The translations under genes were made by a program, and so were the position numbers. Positions 12,731 to 24,364 of a stretch of DNA of 64,000 bases are shown here, one piece after another (positions within the stretch are counted from its first letter, which is position 1; every line of letters begins with the position of its first letter). The stretch lies in the NCBI GenBank assembly GCA_002269645.1, contig NIVC01000532.1:391319-455318 (forward strand). The letters are read 5' to 3'. Under the pieces are notes generated by a model. The model was not told the origin of the DNA. It saw only the letters and a list, made by a program, of their open reading frames with translations, and ran no database searches. The DNA comes from Macrostomum lignano. Lineage: Eukaryota.

Positions 12731-13244
12731 TTACCTTTCTTCCTTTGGTCTCTCATACACAAAAGGATCCTAATACAAAAAGCTGATTAGCATTGCTGAA
12801 ACTACTTCTGTGAATAAAGTGTGAGAAACCAAAAAGCAGACGAAGCAAGGCAGGCAGGAAACCACAAATGAAAATTCGATAGCGCCAATTATTGGCAATT
12901 GCACTGGCTTGGAGCTCATTCATTTCTAATCGGCTGAATAAGAGCCTGCACTGGGAACTTCAGAACATCTCACGATGATCTAACAGCCCCTTGACAATCC
13001 GCTTGAACACATGACAGACTGTGAGTCGGCGAAAGATGCAGCTAGGAAAGATAATGAAGAGACTCAAATTTTAAGAGCAATCAACTCACAGCTGGTTTGG
13101 CTGAGTCAACAGCTGCCACGGTTGACGTCGGCCTTTGTGGCTGGCATCTCTCATCCTACAATTCGATGTTATAAAAGCAGAAAAAATATCAAGGAATATA
13201 TAAACAGCAATATAATACCAGACAAAAGTAGAATTTGCGATGCA

Positions 13245-14470
13245 TAAAATACATGAAATGAAAATCAGTGATACACGAGAATCGGTGATACATGAGAGTA
13301 CATAAAATACATGAAAATATGTGATATATGAAAATCTGTGATACATAAGAATCAGTGGAACATGAAAATACATGAAATACATGAAAATATGTGATGCATG
13401 GGAATCTGTGATATCTGAGAATCTGTGATACGTAAGAATCGGTGATTCACGAGAATCGGTGATACCTGCGAATCTGTGATACATGAGAATCTGTGATACA
13501 TGAGAATCTGTGATACATGAGAATCTGTGATACCTTAGAATCTGTGATACATGAGAATCTGTGATACATGAGAATCTGGGATACATGAGAATCTGTGATA
13601 CATAAGATTCTGTGATACATGAGAATCGGTGATACATGAAAATCTGTGACACATGAGAATCTGTGATACATAAGATTCTGTGATACGTAAGAATCGGTGA
13701 TTCACGAGAATCGGTGATACCTGCGAATCTGTGATACATGAGAATCTGTGATACATGAGAATCGGTGATACATGAGAATCTGTGATACATGAGAATCTGT
13801 GATACATGAGAATCGGTGATACATGAAAATCTGTGACACATGAGAATCTGCGATACATAAGATTCTGTGATACGTAAGAATCGGTGATTCACGAGAATCG
13901 GTGATACCTGAGAATCTGTGATACATGAGAATCTGTGATACATGAGAATCTGTGATACATGAGAATCGGCGATACATGAAAATCTGTGATACATGAGAAT
14001 CTGTGATACATGAGAATCTGGGATACATGAGAATCTGTAATACATGGAAATCTGTGATACATTAAAATCTGAGACACATGAGAATCTGTGATACATGAGA
14101 ATCTGTGATACATGAGAATCTGCGATACATGAGAATCTGTGATACATGAGAATCTGTGATACATGAGAATCTGTGATACATGAGAATCGGCGATACATGA
14201 AAATCTGTGATACATGAGAATCTGTGATACATGAGAATCTGGGATACATGAGAATCTGTGATACATGGAAATCTGTGATACATTAAAATCTGAGACACAT
14301 GAGAATCTGTGATACATGAGAATCTGTGATACATGAGAATCTGCGATACATGAGAATCTGTGATACATGAGAATCGGTGATACATGAGAATCAGGGTACA
14401 TGAGAATCTGATGTACATAAGAATCTAGGATACATGAGAATCTGTGACCCATCAGAGTTGGTGACACATG
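13245..14470. repeat. 17-bp minisatellite (GATACATGAGAATCTGT)
   Basis: Tandem copies with degenerate edges. Confidence 0.95.
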
Positions 14471-15307
14471 AGAAATCTCACGGTAAGCATCGCATTCCCC
14501 TGCAGTTACAGTTCGCAGCCAAGATCCCCAATATCCTTAAGCTGAACTCGGCCACAAATTAACCGATTTTGATAAAGCGATTCGCGCAACTTTTATCAGC
14601 CGAGCTTCTGCTCTCTCAGAGCGAGGCCCAGGCCAACCAATTCAACCAATCAAATGAGGCAAATCAAAATAGAATCAGGAAGCTGGAAGCCCCATCAATG
14701 CTCCCCCACCTCCCTGGAAACTCGGCCTTCCTATCTGCCACGCCCATCCTCTTCTTTTGCTGCTTTAACGAGATAACGAGGCTGATGCAATTTCTGCTTT
14801 TCCCCGGGCCCCCTCAGCGGAGGTGGCGGCGGCGGCGGCGGCTTCACATCTTTTTGCGACAAATTTGCCACATCAAACATCCAGCCTCACTTCCTGAGTC
14901 TGCTCTCTTCTGTCTTGAGCCGCGGCCAATTGCTCAACTGGCTTCTCCCACTTGTCAAGTGGGCCAAGGGATGCTGGGCCGCCTTCCCTTCGACTCTGAT
15001 GAGGCATTGTTGAGGAAACCAAATTACCCTTGCTGGCCTCAACTGGGAATCCTTTTTGGCTCTCTTTCCCGTTTATCTTCTCCTCCTCCACCCTCTCTCT
15101 CTCCATCGCTCCTTTTTATCGGCATTAACAAATTGGCAGCTCTTGAGCACCCAGCCACCCCCAGTCACCTCCCCACGCGCGCCGAATCTCGGGGCTTCCT
15201 TCCGAGGCAGGAAGAAAACAGGAAAGGACTGAGCGACTTCACTACAGATTAGCGATGCTTTCTTCTTTGAATGGAAGAGATTCTTTGGTAAGGAAATTCA
15301 AGCATCA

Positions 15308-16000
15308 GATTGTGGCGCTAGATAGTGGCGCTAGATTCTGGCAGTAGACTATGGCGCTAGACTATGGCACGACATTGTGGCGCCTGAGTGTGGCGCTAGA
15401 TAGTGGCGCTAGACTATAGCGCTAGATAGTGGCAATCAATTTTGGCGCTAGATTCTGGCGCTAGATTGTTGGTGCTAGACTATGGCGCTAGATTGTGGCG
15501 CTAGATTGTGGCGCTAGATTGTGGCGCTAGATTGTGGCGCTAGATTGTGGCGCTAGATTGTGGCGCTAGATTGTTGGTGCTAGACTATGGCGCTAGATTG
15601 TGGCGCTAGATTGTGGCGCTAGACTATGGCGCTAGATTGTGGCGCTAGATTGTGGCGCTAGATTGTTGGTGCTAGACTATGGCGCTAGATTGTGGCAATC
15701 AATTTTGGCGCTAGATTCTGGCGCTAGATTGTTGGTGCTAGACTATGGCGCTAGATTGTGGCGCTAGATTGTGGCGCTAGATTGTGGCGCTAGACTATGG
15801 CGCTAGATTGTGGCGCTAGATTGTGGCGCTAGATTGTGGCGCTAGATTGTGGCGCTAGATTGTTGGTGCTAGACTATGGCACTAGATTGTGGCGCTAGAT
15901 TGTGGCGCTAGATTGTGGCGCTAGATTGTGGCGCTAGATTGTTGGTGCTAGACTATGGCGCTAGATTGTGGCGCTAGATTGTGGCGCTAGATTGTGGCGC
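15308..16000. repeat. 13-bp minisatellite (TGGCGCTAGATTG)
   Basis: Visible tandem copies. Confidence 0.95.
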
Positions 16001-16954
16001 ATGTCTATTGCAAGGCCCAGCTTATTGACACCTCTTGTGGCAGGCACATTTTGCCTTGGCAAAGCTGACTTCAAGGCTGCACCAATTCCTGGTGTAATTA
16101 AACTCTCCAGCTCTGCGCCGTCACGCCATCTGCCTTCCGGGTCGGCAATCCTCCGCTGTGTTTATTCACCGATAGTCACTAATATGAGAAGTCAGGCAGT
16201 TAAAGATCAGCTGTCTCCCAACCCTGCCTAGATTGGTGGCAACGTGCCATTATTTTGGAGATCTGTTTGCCCGTTGTCAAGGACCTCAAGGTCTCTAAGT
16301 TAGACAGCAGAGGGGAATGAGAAATAGACAGAGATCTCGGAAGGGAACGAGTGGGCTGCTCTCTGAGGTGGTTATTGACCCTCCTGTCAAGGTAAGTGCC
16401 TAGCTGTGTCTTCCGGGTGGAGCAGTGTGTGACGCGGAGAGCTGCAGGAAAGATCAGTGTCTCTGGTTCGCCTTCACTTTCCACTCCCCGAGTGAGTAGA
16501 GGCGGGGAGGGTGGGTTTCGGTTTGTAAACACTTCCCCGAGGCTTAAGCCTCTTGTATTCGACAGCCTAGACTGCCAAACACTAGCTGCGCGTCCCGGCG
16601 TCTTGTCAAAAGAGCAATTTCTATTACTCTCTTGCCAGACCTTTTGTTGAGTTGTATTTCATTTTGCTTTGCGCTAAGCTCGATAGCTGTCTCGTGTCTT
16701 TAACTATTCTCTTTTTTAAAAGCAGAGAGAACACTGGCGGCTCTATCTGACCACTAATTACCAGAGCTGTGGCTCACTGCGCGACCCTGCTGCTCAAACA
16801 CAGAATAATTCATCAAATAAAAGTTGACCAATAGTGACGAAGAAGTGAGGGTTGTCTGTCTATCAGTCTGCCTGACTATCCTACTTGCTGAGACTGTCAT
16901 CTTGTCTGGCACCTCTGTTGCAGACTGGATGGAAATAAGTAATTAGAACCCTGC

Positions 16955-18050
16955 CAGGGACTACTCAATTCTCGGGACGGGAAACGGCCAAATCATGCAG
17001 AAAAAAGATGGAGGCCGATTTTCTCTGTTCTCTGCTGATCTTATGTTTTATCGCAAGAGCTTCAGCTTTTCACTATGTTAACAAAATTTATCCCTCTTCA
17101 ACTTCCTGTAGCCTGTTTCTACTCAAATAATTTCGGATAAATGCTAGGAGACATTTTATACAGTACCCCTTTAATACACAAACTCGATGCTTGATAAGCC
17201 AAGTGCATCTGTTGTAGAAGTCTATGGGAAACATTGAAGCAAGAAGTGAAAGCTTGTATTATACGATGGCCTATAAGGTAAGGACTGATACCATTTTAGC
17301 ATTAGCGAGAAAACCAAAAGTCCGTCGCGTTTTGTCTGCCGAAAGAAATTTTAAACCGGACGAGTTGGAAGAATTTCGTAAAATCGACAGTTTGCCAGGC
17401 TGGAGCGAGCTCGTTTCTGCACTCAAATCATCAGATATCGTTGCTCAACATTCGCTGTTTGTATCGTTATGCAATGAAGAAGTTTATTTGTTTGGTTTGG
17501 ATTCGAGCGGAGCACTAAAGATCAAGATTTTTATTTCGTCCAACTTTGCAACTCGTGCTTTTCACTATCATTCGCCGGTTCCGCTGAGAGATCTGCTAGG
17601 ATTCCAGCCTACATTGAAGTATTTTTCACAACTCGATGCCATTATCGTTCGATGCATGAATTTTCAACTGTTTGTTCAGCATGAGTTGAAAGCGATGTCG
17701 TCGTCATTTCTTCAAGTGTTGGAATTAGAAAATACTGTCATCACGAATCAAGCTTTCACTTCTTGCTTCAATGTTTCCCACAGACTTCTACAACAGATGC
17801 ACTTGGCTTATCAAGCATCGAGTTTGTGTATTAAAGGGGTACTGTATAAAATGTCTCCTAGCATTTATCCGAAATTATTTGAGTAGAAACAGGCTACAGG
17901 AAGTTGAAGAGGGATAAATTTTGTTAACATAGTGAAAAGCTGAAGCTCTTGCGATAAAACATAAGACCAGCAGAGAACAGAGAAAATCGGCCTCCATCTT
18001 TTTTCTGCATCATTTGGCCGTTTCCCGTCCCGAGAATTGAGTAGTCCCTG
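16955..18050 (+). mobile_element. Foldback DNA transposon derivative with 302-bp TIRs; probably P superfamily (Galileo-like architecture)
   Basis: Inverted arms 16955-17256 and 17749-18050 (about 3 mismatches seen), termini CAGGG...CCCTG, perfect 8-bp TSD AACCCTGC (16947-16954, 18051-18058). 8-bp TSDs are typical of the P and hAT superfamilies. Confidence 0.88.
17224..17886 (+). CDS. 220-aa ORF, probable N-terminal fragment of a P-element/THAP9-like transposase
   Basis: Non-repetitive ORF with a real ATG. The segments LKYFSQLDAII and LQQMHL...VLYKMSPSIY resemble the pre-catalytic WSQLDxI / EQLxL...SPxAY region of P-like transposases (recalled similarity, not searched). No catalytic domain is present. 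Confidence 0.45.
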   Translation: MGNIEARSESLYYTMAYKVRTDTILALARKPKVRRVLSAERNFKPDELEEFRKIDSLPGWSELVSALKSSDIVAQHSLFVSLCNEEVYLFGLDSSGALKIKIFISSNFATRAFHYHSPVPLRDLLGFQPTLKYFSQLDAIIVRCMNFQLFVQHELKAMSSSFLQVLELENTVITNQAFTSCFNVSHRLLQQMHLAYQASSLCIKGVLYKMSPSIYPKLFE

Positions 18051-18104
18051 AACCCTGCTAGATTGCAAGGGTACAGCAAAAAACAGAAATTCGATTGACT
18101 TTGA

Positions 18105-18568
18105 GCCATAGACTATATGGGTGAAGCTTATGGCTCCACTGTTAGCATTGAGTTCGGCTTGGCCATAGACTATATTGGTGAAGCTTATGGCTCCGCTGTT
18201 AGCCTTGAGCTCGGCTTGGCCATAGACTATATGGGTGAAGCTTATGGCTCCACTGTTAGCATTGAGCTCGGCTTGGCCATAGACTATATAAGTGAAGCTT
18301 ATGGCTCCACTGTTAGCATTGAGTTCGGCTTGGCCATAGACTATATTGGTGAAGCTTATGGCTCCGCTGTTAGCCTTGAGCTCGGCTTGGCCATAGACTA
18401 TATGGGTGAAGCTTATGGCTCCACTGTTAGCATTGAGCTCGGCTTGGCCATAGACTATTTGGGTGAAGCTTATGGCTCGGCTGTTAGCATTGAGCTCGGC
18501 TTGGCCATAGACTATATGGGTGAATCTTACGGCGCCCCTGTTAGCATTGAGCTCGGCTTGGCCATAGA
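18105..18568. repeat. 57-bp tandem repeat x8
   Basis: GCCATAGAC recurs every 57 bp from 18105 to 18561. Confidence 0.95.
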
Positions 18569-19280
18569 TATTCGCTGCAAAGCTACTAATGTTAAAGAAC
18601 AAACAATAGAGACATCAGAGTACTCCGATTTTTCCAAAGCAGCGATAGAGAGGACAGGAACTATATAAGGAAACAAAGACTAGTACAATAATATCAATCG
18701 ATACGATTTAAAACATTTTATTGAATAGAAACTTTAGAATAGCGTGTGAAAGGAGCAGAAGATAGCTTGCAAGCTCAGCTAACTCTGGGAATAGCTTAGC
18801 ATTTCAGTTAGACAGGGAGACAGTGCGCAGTGGTGGCAGTGTTGACTATTTCTAACACAGCAACTTAGGAATTATATAGTACACAGGATTTCTCAGTACA
18901 GTTAGAGGTCAGTAAGCATCTTAAATCATAAATCGTATCAGTCGCTTTCAATCTAAGTTTTTATTAGACAACAGCGTTTTTTAATGAAATTATTACGCGT
19001 TTAAAATCGCGCCACAGTTCTTTTATAACAAATAAACACGAAAATGCGTTAACGCTGTAATATTAGATGAGTTGACACAGAACGACAACACAGGACAGAA
19101 GGGACTTTTAATCAGACAAATAAAAGTTTGGCTACAATTCATTGCATTTACTCCAAAATTGCTAAGGGTATTACATTCATGCTCATCTCATTAATAGACA
19201 ACTATATAAAGTGCATTAGTGAGATAGTGGAAACTGTTCGAGTTAGGCCTTAAAGTGTCTTCTTGGTATTGCTTTGGAAA

Positions 19281-20344
19281 GTTAAGGGATTGGGAAGGTA
19301 AGGGATTGGGAAGTTTAGGGATTGGGAAGTTTAGGAATTGGGAAGTTTAGGAATTGGGAAGTTTAGGGATTGGGAAGTTTAGGGATTGGGAAGTTTAGGG
19401 ATTGGGAAGTTTAGCGATTGGGAAGTTTAGGGATTGGGAAGTTTAGGGATTGGGAAGTTTAGGAATTGGGAAGTTTAGGGATTGGGAAGTTTAGGGATTG
19501 GGAAGTTTAGGGATTGGGAAGTTTAGCGATTGGGAAGTTTAGGGATTGGGAAGTTTAGGGATTGGGAAGTTTAGGGATTGGGAAGTTTAGGGATTGGGAA
19601 GTTTAGGGATTGGGAAGTTTAGGGATTGGGAAGTTTAGGGATTGGGAAGTTTAGCGATTGGGAAGTTTAGGGATTGGGAAGTTTAGGGATTGGGAAGTTT
19701 AGGGATTGGGAAGTTTAGGGATTGGGAAGTTTAGGGATTGGGAAGTTTAGGGATTGGGAAGTTTAGGGATTGGGAAGTTTAGGGATTGGGAAGTTTAGGG
19801 ATTGGGAAGTTTAGGGATTGGGAAGTTTAGGGATTGGGAAGTTTAGGGATTGGGAAGTTTAGGGATTGGGAAGTTTAGGGATTGGGAAGTTTAGGGATTG
19901 GGAAGTTTAGCGATTGGGAAGTTTAGGGATTGGGAAGTTTAGGGATTGGGAAGTTTAGGGATTGGGAAGTTTAGGGATTGGGAAGTTTAGGAATTGGGAA
20001 GTTTAGGGATTGGGAAGTTTAGGGATTGGGAAGTTTAGGGATTGGGAAGTTTAGGGATTGGGAAGTTTAGGGATTGGGAAGTTTAGGGATTGGGAAGTTT
20101 AGGGATTGGGAAGTTTAGCGATTGGGAAGTTTAGGGATTGGGAAGTTTAGGGATTGGGAAGTTTAGGGATTGGGAAGTTTAGGGATTGGGAAGTTTAGGG
20201 ATTGGGAAGTTTAGGGATTGGGAAGTTTAGGGATTGGGAAGTTTAGGGATTGGGAAGTTTAGGGATTGGGAAGTTTAGAGATTGGGAAGTTTAGGAATTG
20301 GGAAGTTTAGGGATTGGGAAGTTTAGGGATTGGGAAGTTTAGGG
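19281..20344. repeat. 16-bp telomere-like minisatellite (TTTAGGGATTGGGAAG), ~66 copies
   Basis: Highly homogeneous tandem array. Most units contain TTAGGG, and the array matches the G3-N3-G3-N7-G3-N3-G3 quadruplex pattern. Confidence 0.97.
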
Positions 20345-20458
20345 AAAACAGCCCCTGAACCAAAGAACATTTTGCCATTAAACTTGAGGACAGCTAAACT
20401 TGTTACAGCATGACTCGAAAACGATGCGCTTTTTCTACTTAAAAAATTGTCTATGGAC

Positions 20459-21533
20459 TCAATTCGCTGATGATGAAGCTGCCGGCAGCTGGGCCCTCCT
20501 CCTCGAGGCCTCCTCACTCTTAGCCGGCACTCCACTGTCGGTGTCAACCTCTGCCTCCTCGCCGGGACCGCCGCTAATCAGGGAGTCAATCTTGGAGAAA
20601 TCCCCCTTAGAAACGGTCGATGCCGGCGACTGCGTCGGCAGCTGACGGTAGAATTGTCGGAGAAACGACGGCACGGACCATTGGCCGCTCTGCTGTCCGC
20701 CCGCTGAGCTCGAAGGAGGACCCGTCAGCGGCCACCCGCCCGGCCCTCCGGCGGCTGCTGCTGCCGCGGCGGCGGCTGCGGCGGCTGCGGCAACGGCGGC
20801 TGGCGGCATCGGAGGCGGAGGAGGCGGCGGCGGCGGTGGCGGCAGCGGCGGCGGTGGCAACTGCGGATGCGCAAAGTTGAACACCGGCGGAGACGGCAGG
20901 GCGAAGGACCCGCCGGTTGACAAAGATCCGGTTGACGTCAGCGGAGGCGGAGGCGGTGGCAGCGCGCTGGTTGCTAAAGTGCGTTGATAGTGCTGCAGGT
21001 ACTGCAGGTGCTGCAGGTACTGCAGGTGCTGCAGGTGCTGCAGGTGCTGCTGAAGCTGGTGCTGCCTGCCGCTGCTGCCAGGCCGGTGCAGAGGCTGGTG
21101 CAGCCAGGGCTGGTGCAGCAGCAGCTGCTCGTGCAGCATCGGGCCGGCTCTGGCCGCCGCCGAGACGGCGTTCGGCGACGCCGCGCCGCGCTGTCGACAT
21201 CTCGCCGACGGCCGGGCGGCCCGACTGGCCGCCAGCAGGGCCCGACGACGACGTTCGGGCGTCGCCGGCCTCGACAATCTGGCGGCAGCGTCGGCGTCGG
21301 CATCGGCGTCAACCTCGAAGTCTTCGGCGTCGTTGTCGTCCGTGTCTTCATCGTTATCGACGTCCGGGTCGTCGTCGGTTCCGGCGGCGGCGAGAGAGTA
21401 GGCACCCCGCTGCTGCTGGCGATGCTGCTGCTGGTGGTGATGAAGGAGGCCGCCGCTCAGGCAGCTGGACTGCGCCCTGCGATGCTCCATCATTGACGAC
21501 TGGCTGCCGGGGATGAGGCAGTCGCCCAGCTTC
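20459..21533 (-). CDS. Tbx2/3: Tbx2/3 T-box transcription factor, exon 5 (low-complexity C-terminus)
   Basis: Acceptor ctcctcatacag at 21534, phase 2 (AT+G gives KKM|KLGD). Open to TGA at 20459. Contains acidic, (QHL)n, polyP and polyA tracts. Confidence 0.8.
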
Positions 21534-21734
21534 CTGTATGAGGAGATGATGGGAGCGGCAATTTTTATGGCATTGTCATGACAACGGCTCGGCGTTAGAG
21601 GGATGCGAAATGGAGACTCAGAGATGAAATCCTGACTAAACCAAAACCTGACAGATTGCTGACACATTTTCTGGTAGTTTTGCAAGTTTTTTTCAGAGGT
21701 CAGCACATTTATTTAGCAAGAGACTTATGACTGG

Positions 21735-22881
21735 CACATCACTGAGAAACGGCTGACACACTGAGAAACAGCTGACACATCACTGAGAAATATCTGACAC
21801 ATCACTGAGAAAAATCTGACACATCACTGAGAAACGGCTGACACATCTCTGAGAAACGGCTGACGCATCACTAAGAAATATCTGACACATCACTGAGAAA
21901 AATCTGACACATCACTGAGAAACGGCTGACACACCACTAAGAAACAGCTGACACATCACTGAGAAACAAACAGCTGACACATCACTGAGAAACAAACAGC
22001 TGACACATCACTGAGAAACAAACAGCTGACACATCACTGAGAAACAAACAGCTGACACATCACTGAGAAACAAACAGCTGACACATCACTGAGAAACAAA
22101 CAGCTGACACATCTCTAAGAAACAGCTGACACATCACTGAGAAACAAACAGCTGACACATCTCTAAGAAACAGCTGACACATCACTGAGAAACAAACAGC
22201 TGACACATCTCTAAGAAACAGCTGACACATCACTGAGAAACAAACAGCTGACACATCTCTAAGAAACAGCTGACACATCACTGAGAAACAGCTGACACAT
22301 CACTGAGAAACAAACAGCTGACACATCTCTAAGAAACAGCTGACACATCACTGAGAAACAGCTGACACATCACTAAGAAACAGCTGACACATCACTAAGA
22401 AACAGCTGACACATCACTAAGAAACAGCTGACACATCACTGAGAAACAGCTGACACATCACTGAGAAACAGCTGACACATCACTAAGAAACAGCTGACAC
22501 ATCACTAAGAAACAGCTGACACATCACTAAGAAACAGCTGACACATCACTGAGAAACAGCTGACACATCACTGAGAAACAAACAGCTGACACATCACTAA
22601 GAAACAGCTGATACATCACTGAGAAACGGCTGACACACCACTAAGAAACAGCTGACACATCACTAAGAAACAGCTGACACATCACTAAGAAACAGCTGAC
22701 ACATCACTAAGAAACAGCTGACACATCACTAAGAAACAGCTGACACATCACTAAGAAACAGCTGACACATCACTAAGAAACAGCTGACACATCACTGAGA
22801 AACAGCTGACACATCACTAAGAAACAGCTGACACATCACTAAGAAACAGCTGACACATCACTGAGAAACAGCTGACACATC
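21735..22881. repeat. 22/26-bp minisatellite (CTGACACATCACTGAGAAACAG) in Tbx intron 4
   Basis: Tandem copies filling most of intron 21534-22907. Confidence 0.95.
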
Positions 22882-22907
22882 AAAGAAAAAGCGCTCAGGA
22901 AACGTAC

Positions 22908-23134
22908 ATTTTCTTAGAGCTGCGGCCTCCACCAGTGTCTCTGAACCCTTTGGCAAAGGGATTGTGATCAATTTTTAATTGGGTGATTTTCTCATTCTGA
23001 TAGGCTGTCACAGCGATGAAGGCGGTCTCGTTGAACACAAACGATCGGAACGAAGCGTACGGCAGCTTCATCATATCGTTGGCGCGAACAAGGTGAAACC
23101 GGGGCTGGTACTTGTGCATGGAGTTCAGGATTGT
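22908..23134 (-). CDS. Tbx2/3: Tbx2/3, exon 4 (T-box C-terminal part)
   Basis: [20 protein letters not shown]...[30 protein letters not shown]. Acceptor ttgcag at 23135, donor GTACGT at 22907. Confidence 0.95.
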
Positions 23135-23202
23135 CTGCAATAGTTGAGTTAAGTGGGTTGGAATTCAATTAAAAGTTACAGCGAAATTCTTGGTTGTTTG
23201 AT

Positions 23203-24050
23203 TAAAACCCAGAACTGGAATCAAGGGTTTTTTGGCCAAACCCAGAACTGGAATCAAGGGTTTATTGGCCAAACCCAGAACTGGAATCAAGGGTTTATTG
23301 GCCAAACCCAGAACTGGAATCAAGGGTTTATTGGCTAAACCCAAACTGAAATCAAGGGTTTATTGGCTAAACACAGAACTGGAATCAAGGGTTTATTGGC
23401 TAAACCCCAATATGGAATAAAGGGTTTATTGATTAAACCCCAGATTGGAATCAAGGGTCTATTGGCTAAACCTCAAACTGGAATCAAGTGTTTATGGGCT
23501 AAACCCCAAACTGGAATCAAGGGTTTATGGGCTAAACCCCAAACTGGAATTAAGGGTTTATGGGCTAAACCCCAAACTGGAATCAAGGGTTTATGGGCTA
23601 AACCCCAAACTGGAATCAAGGGTTTATTGGCTAAACCCCAAACTGGAATCAAGGGTTTATGGGCTAAACCCCAAAATGGAATCAATGGGTTTGTTGGCCA
23701 AACACAGAACTGGAATCAAGGGTTTATTGGCTAAACCCAAACTGAAATCAAGGGTTTATTGGCTAAACACAGAACTGGAATCAAGGGTTTATTGGCTAAA
23801 CCTCAAACTGGAATCAAGGGTTTATTGGCTAAACCTCAAACTGGAATCAAGGGTTTATTGGCTAAACCTCAAACTGGAATCAAGGGTTTATTGGCTAAAC
23901 CCCAAAATGGAATAAAGGGTTTATTGGCTAAACCCCAAACTAGAATCAAGGGTTTATTGGCTAAACCCCAAACTGGAATCAAGGGTTTATTGGCTAAACC
24001 CCAATATGGAATAAAGGCTTTATTGGCTAAACCCCAATCTGAAATCTTAG
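23203..24050. repeat. 33-bp minisatellite (GCTAAACCCCAAACTGGAATCAAGGGTTTATTG) in Tbx intron 3
   Basis: Tandem copies with an 11-aa period in the ORFs. Confidence 0.94.
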
Positions 24051-24364
24051 CTTAAGAAAAAAAACTTCAATTTTCAGTTTCATTTTCAATTTTCAAAACT
24101 TCAAACTTCAACTCGAACTACTATAGTCTGCATTTGTATTGCGTAATTTTTCTGAATCAGGGGCGCCCCGGTTTAAAGTGACTATTTTAGTAATCAGTCG
24201 CTTTGATAGTGATCAGCAGCAGCTATTGAAATTCCGATGAAATATTGAAGATTGAAGACTGAAAGAATGAAGAACTTGGCAGGGGTTGGTGGGTGTGGGC
24301 TGAAGCTTTAGTTGAAAATTAGCATGCATTACGCAATTGTGCGTTTGAAGGGGGAGAGGAAGAA

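Noticed and set aside
11279-16650. Short ORFs in the unique blocks between arrays (11279-11650, 14569-15252, 16200-16650)
   Set aside because: No recognisable domain or consistent splice structure. More likely non-coding, possibly regulatory, sequence.
18105-18568. CRISPR-like appearance of this and other 29-57-bp regular arrays
   Set aside because: Units are contiguous with no unique spacers, there are no cas genes, and the context is eukaryotic.
19281-20344. True telomere or chromosome end
   Set aside because: The unit is a 16-mer that only contains TTAGGG, and it is flanked by unique sequence on both sides.
20607-21516. Overlapping alternative-frame and antisense ORFs over Tbx exon 5
   Set aside because: Shadow ORFs of a GC-rich coding exon.
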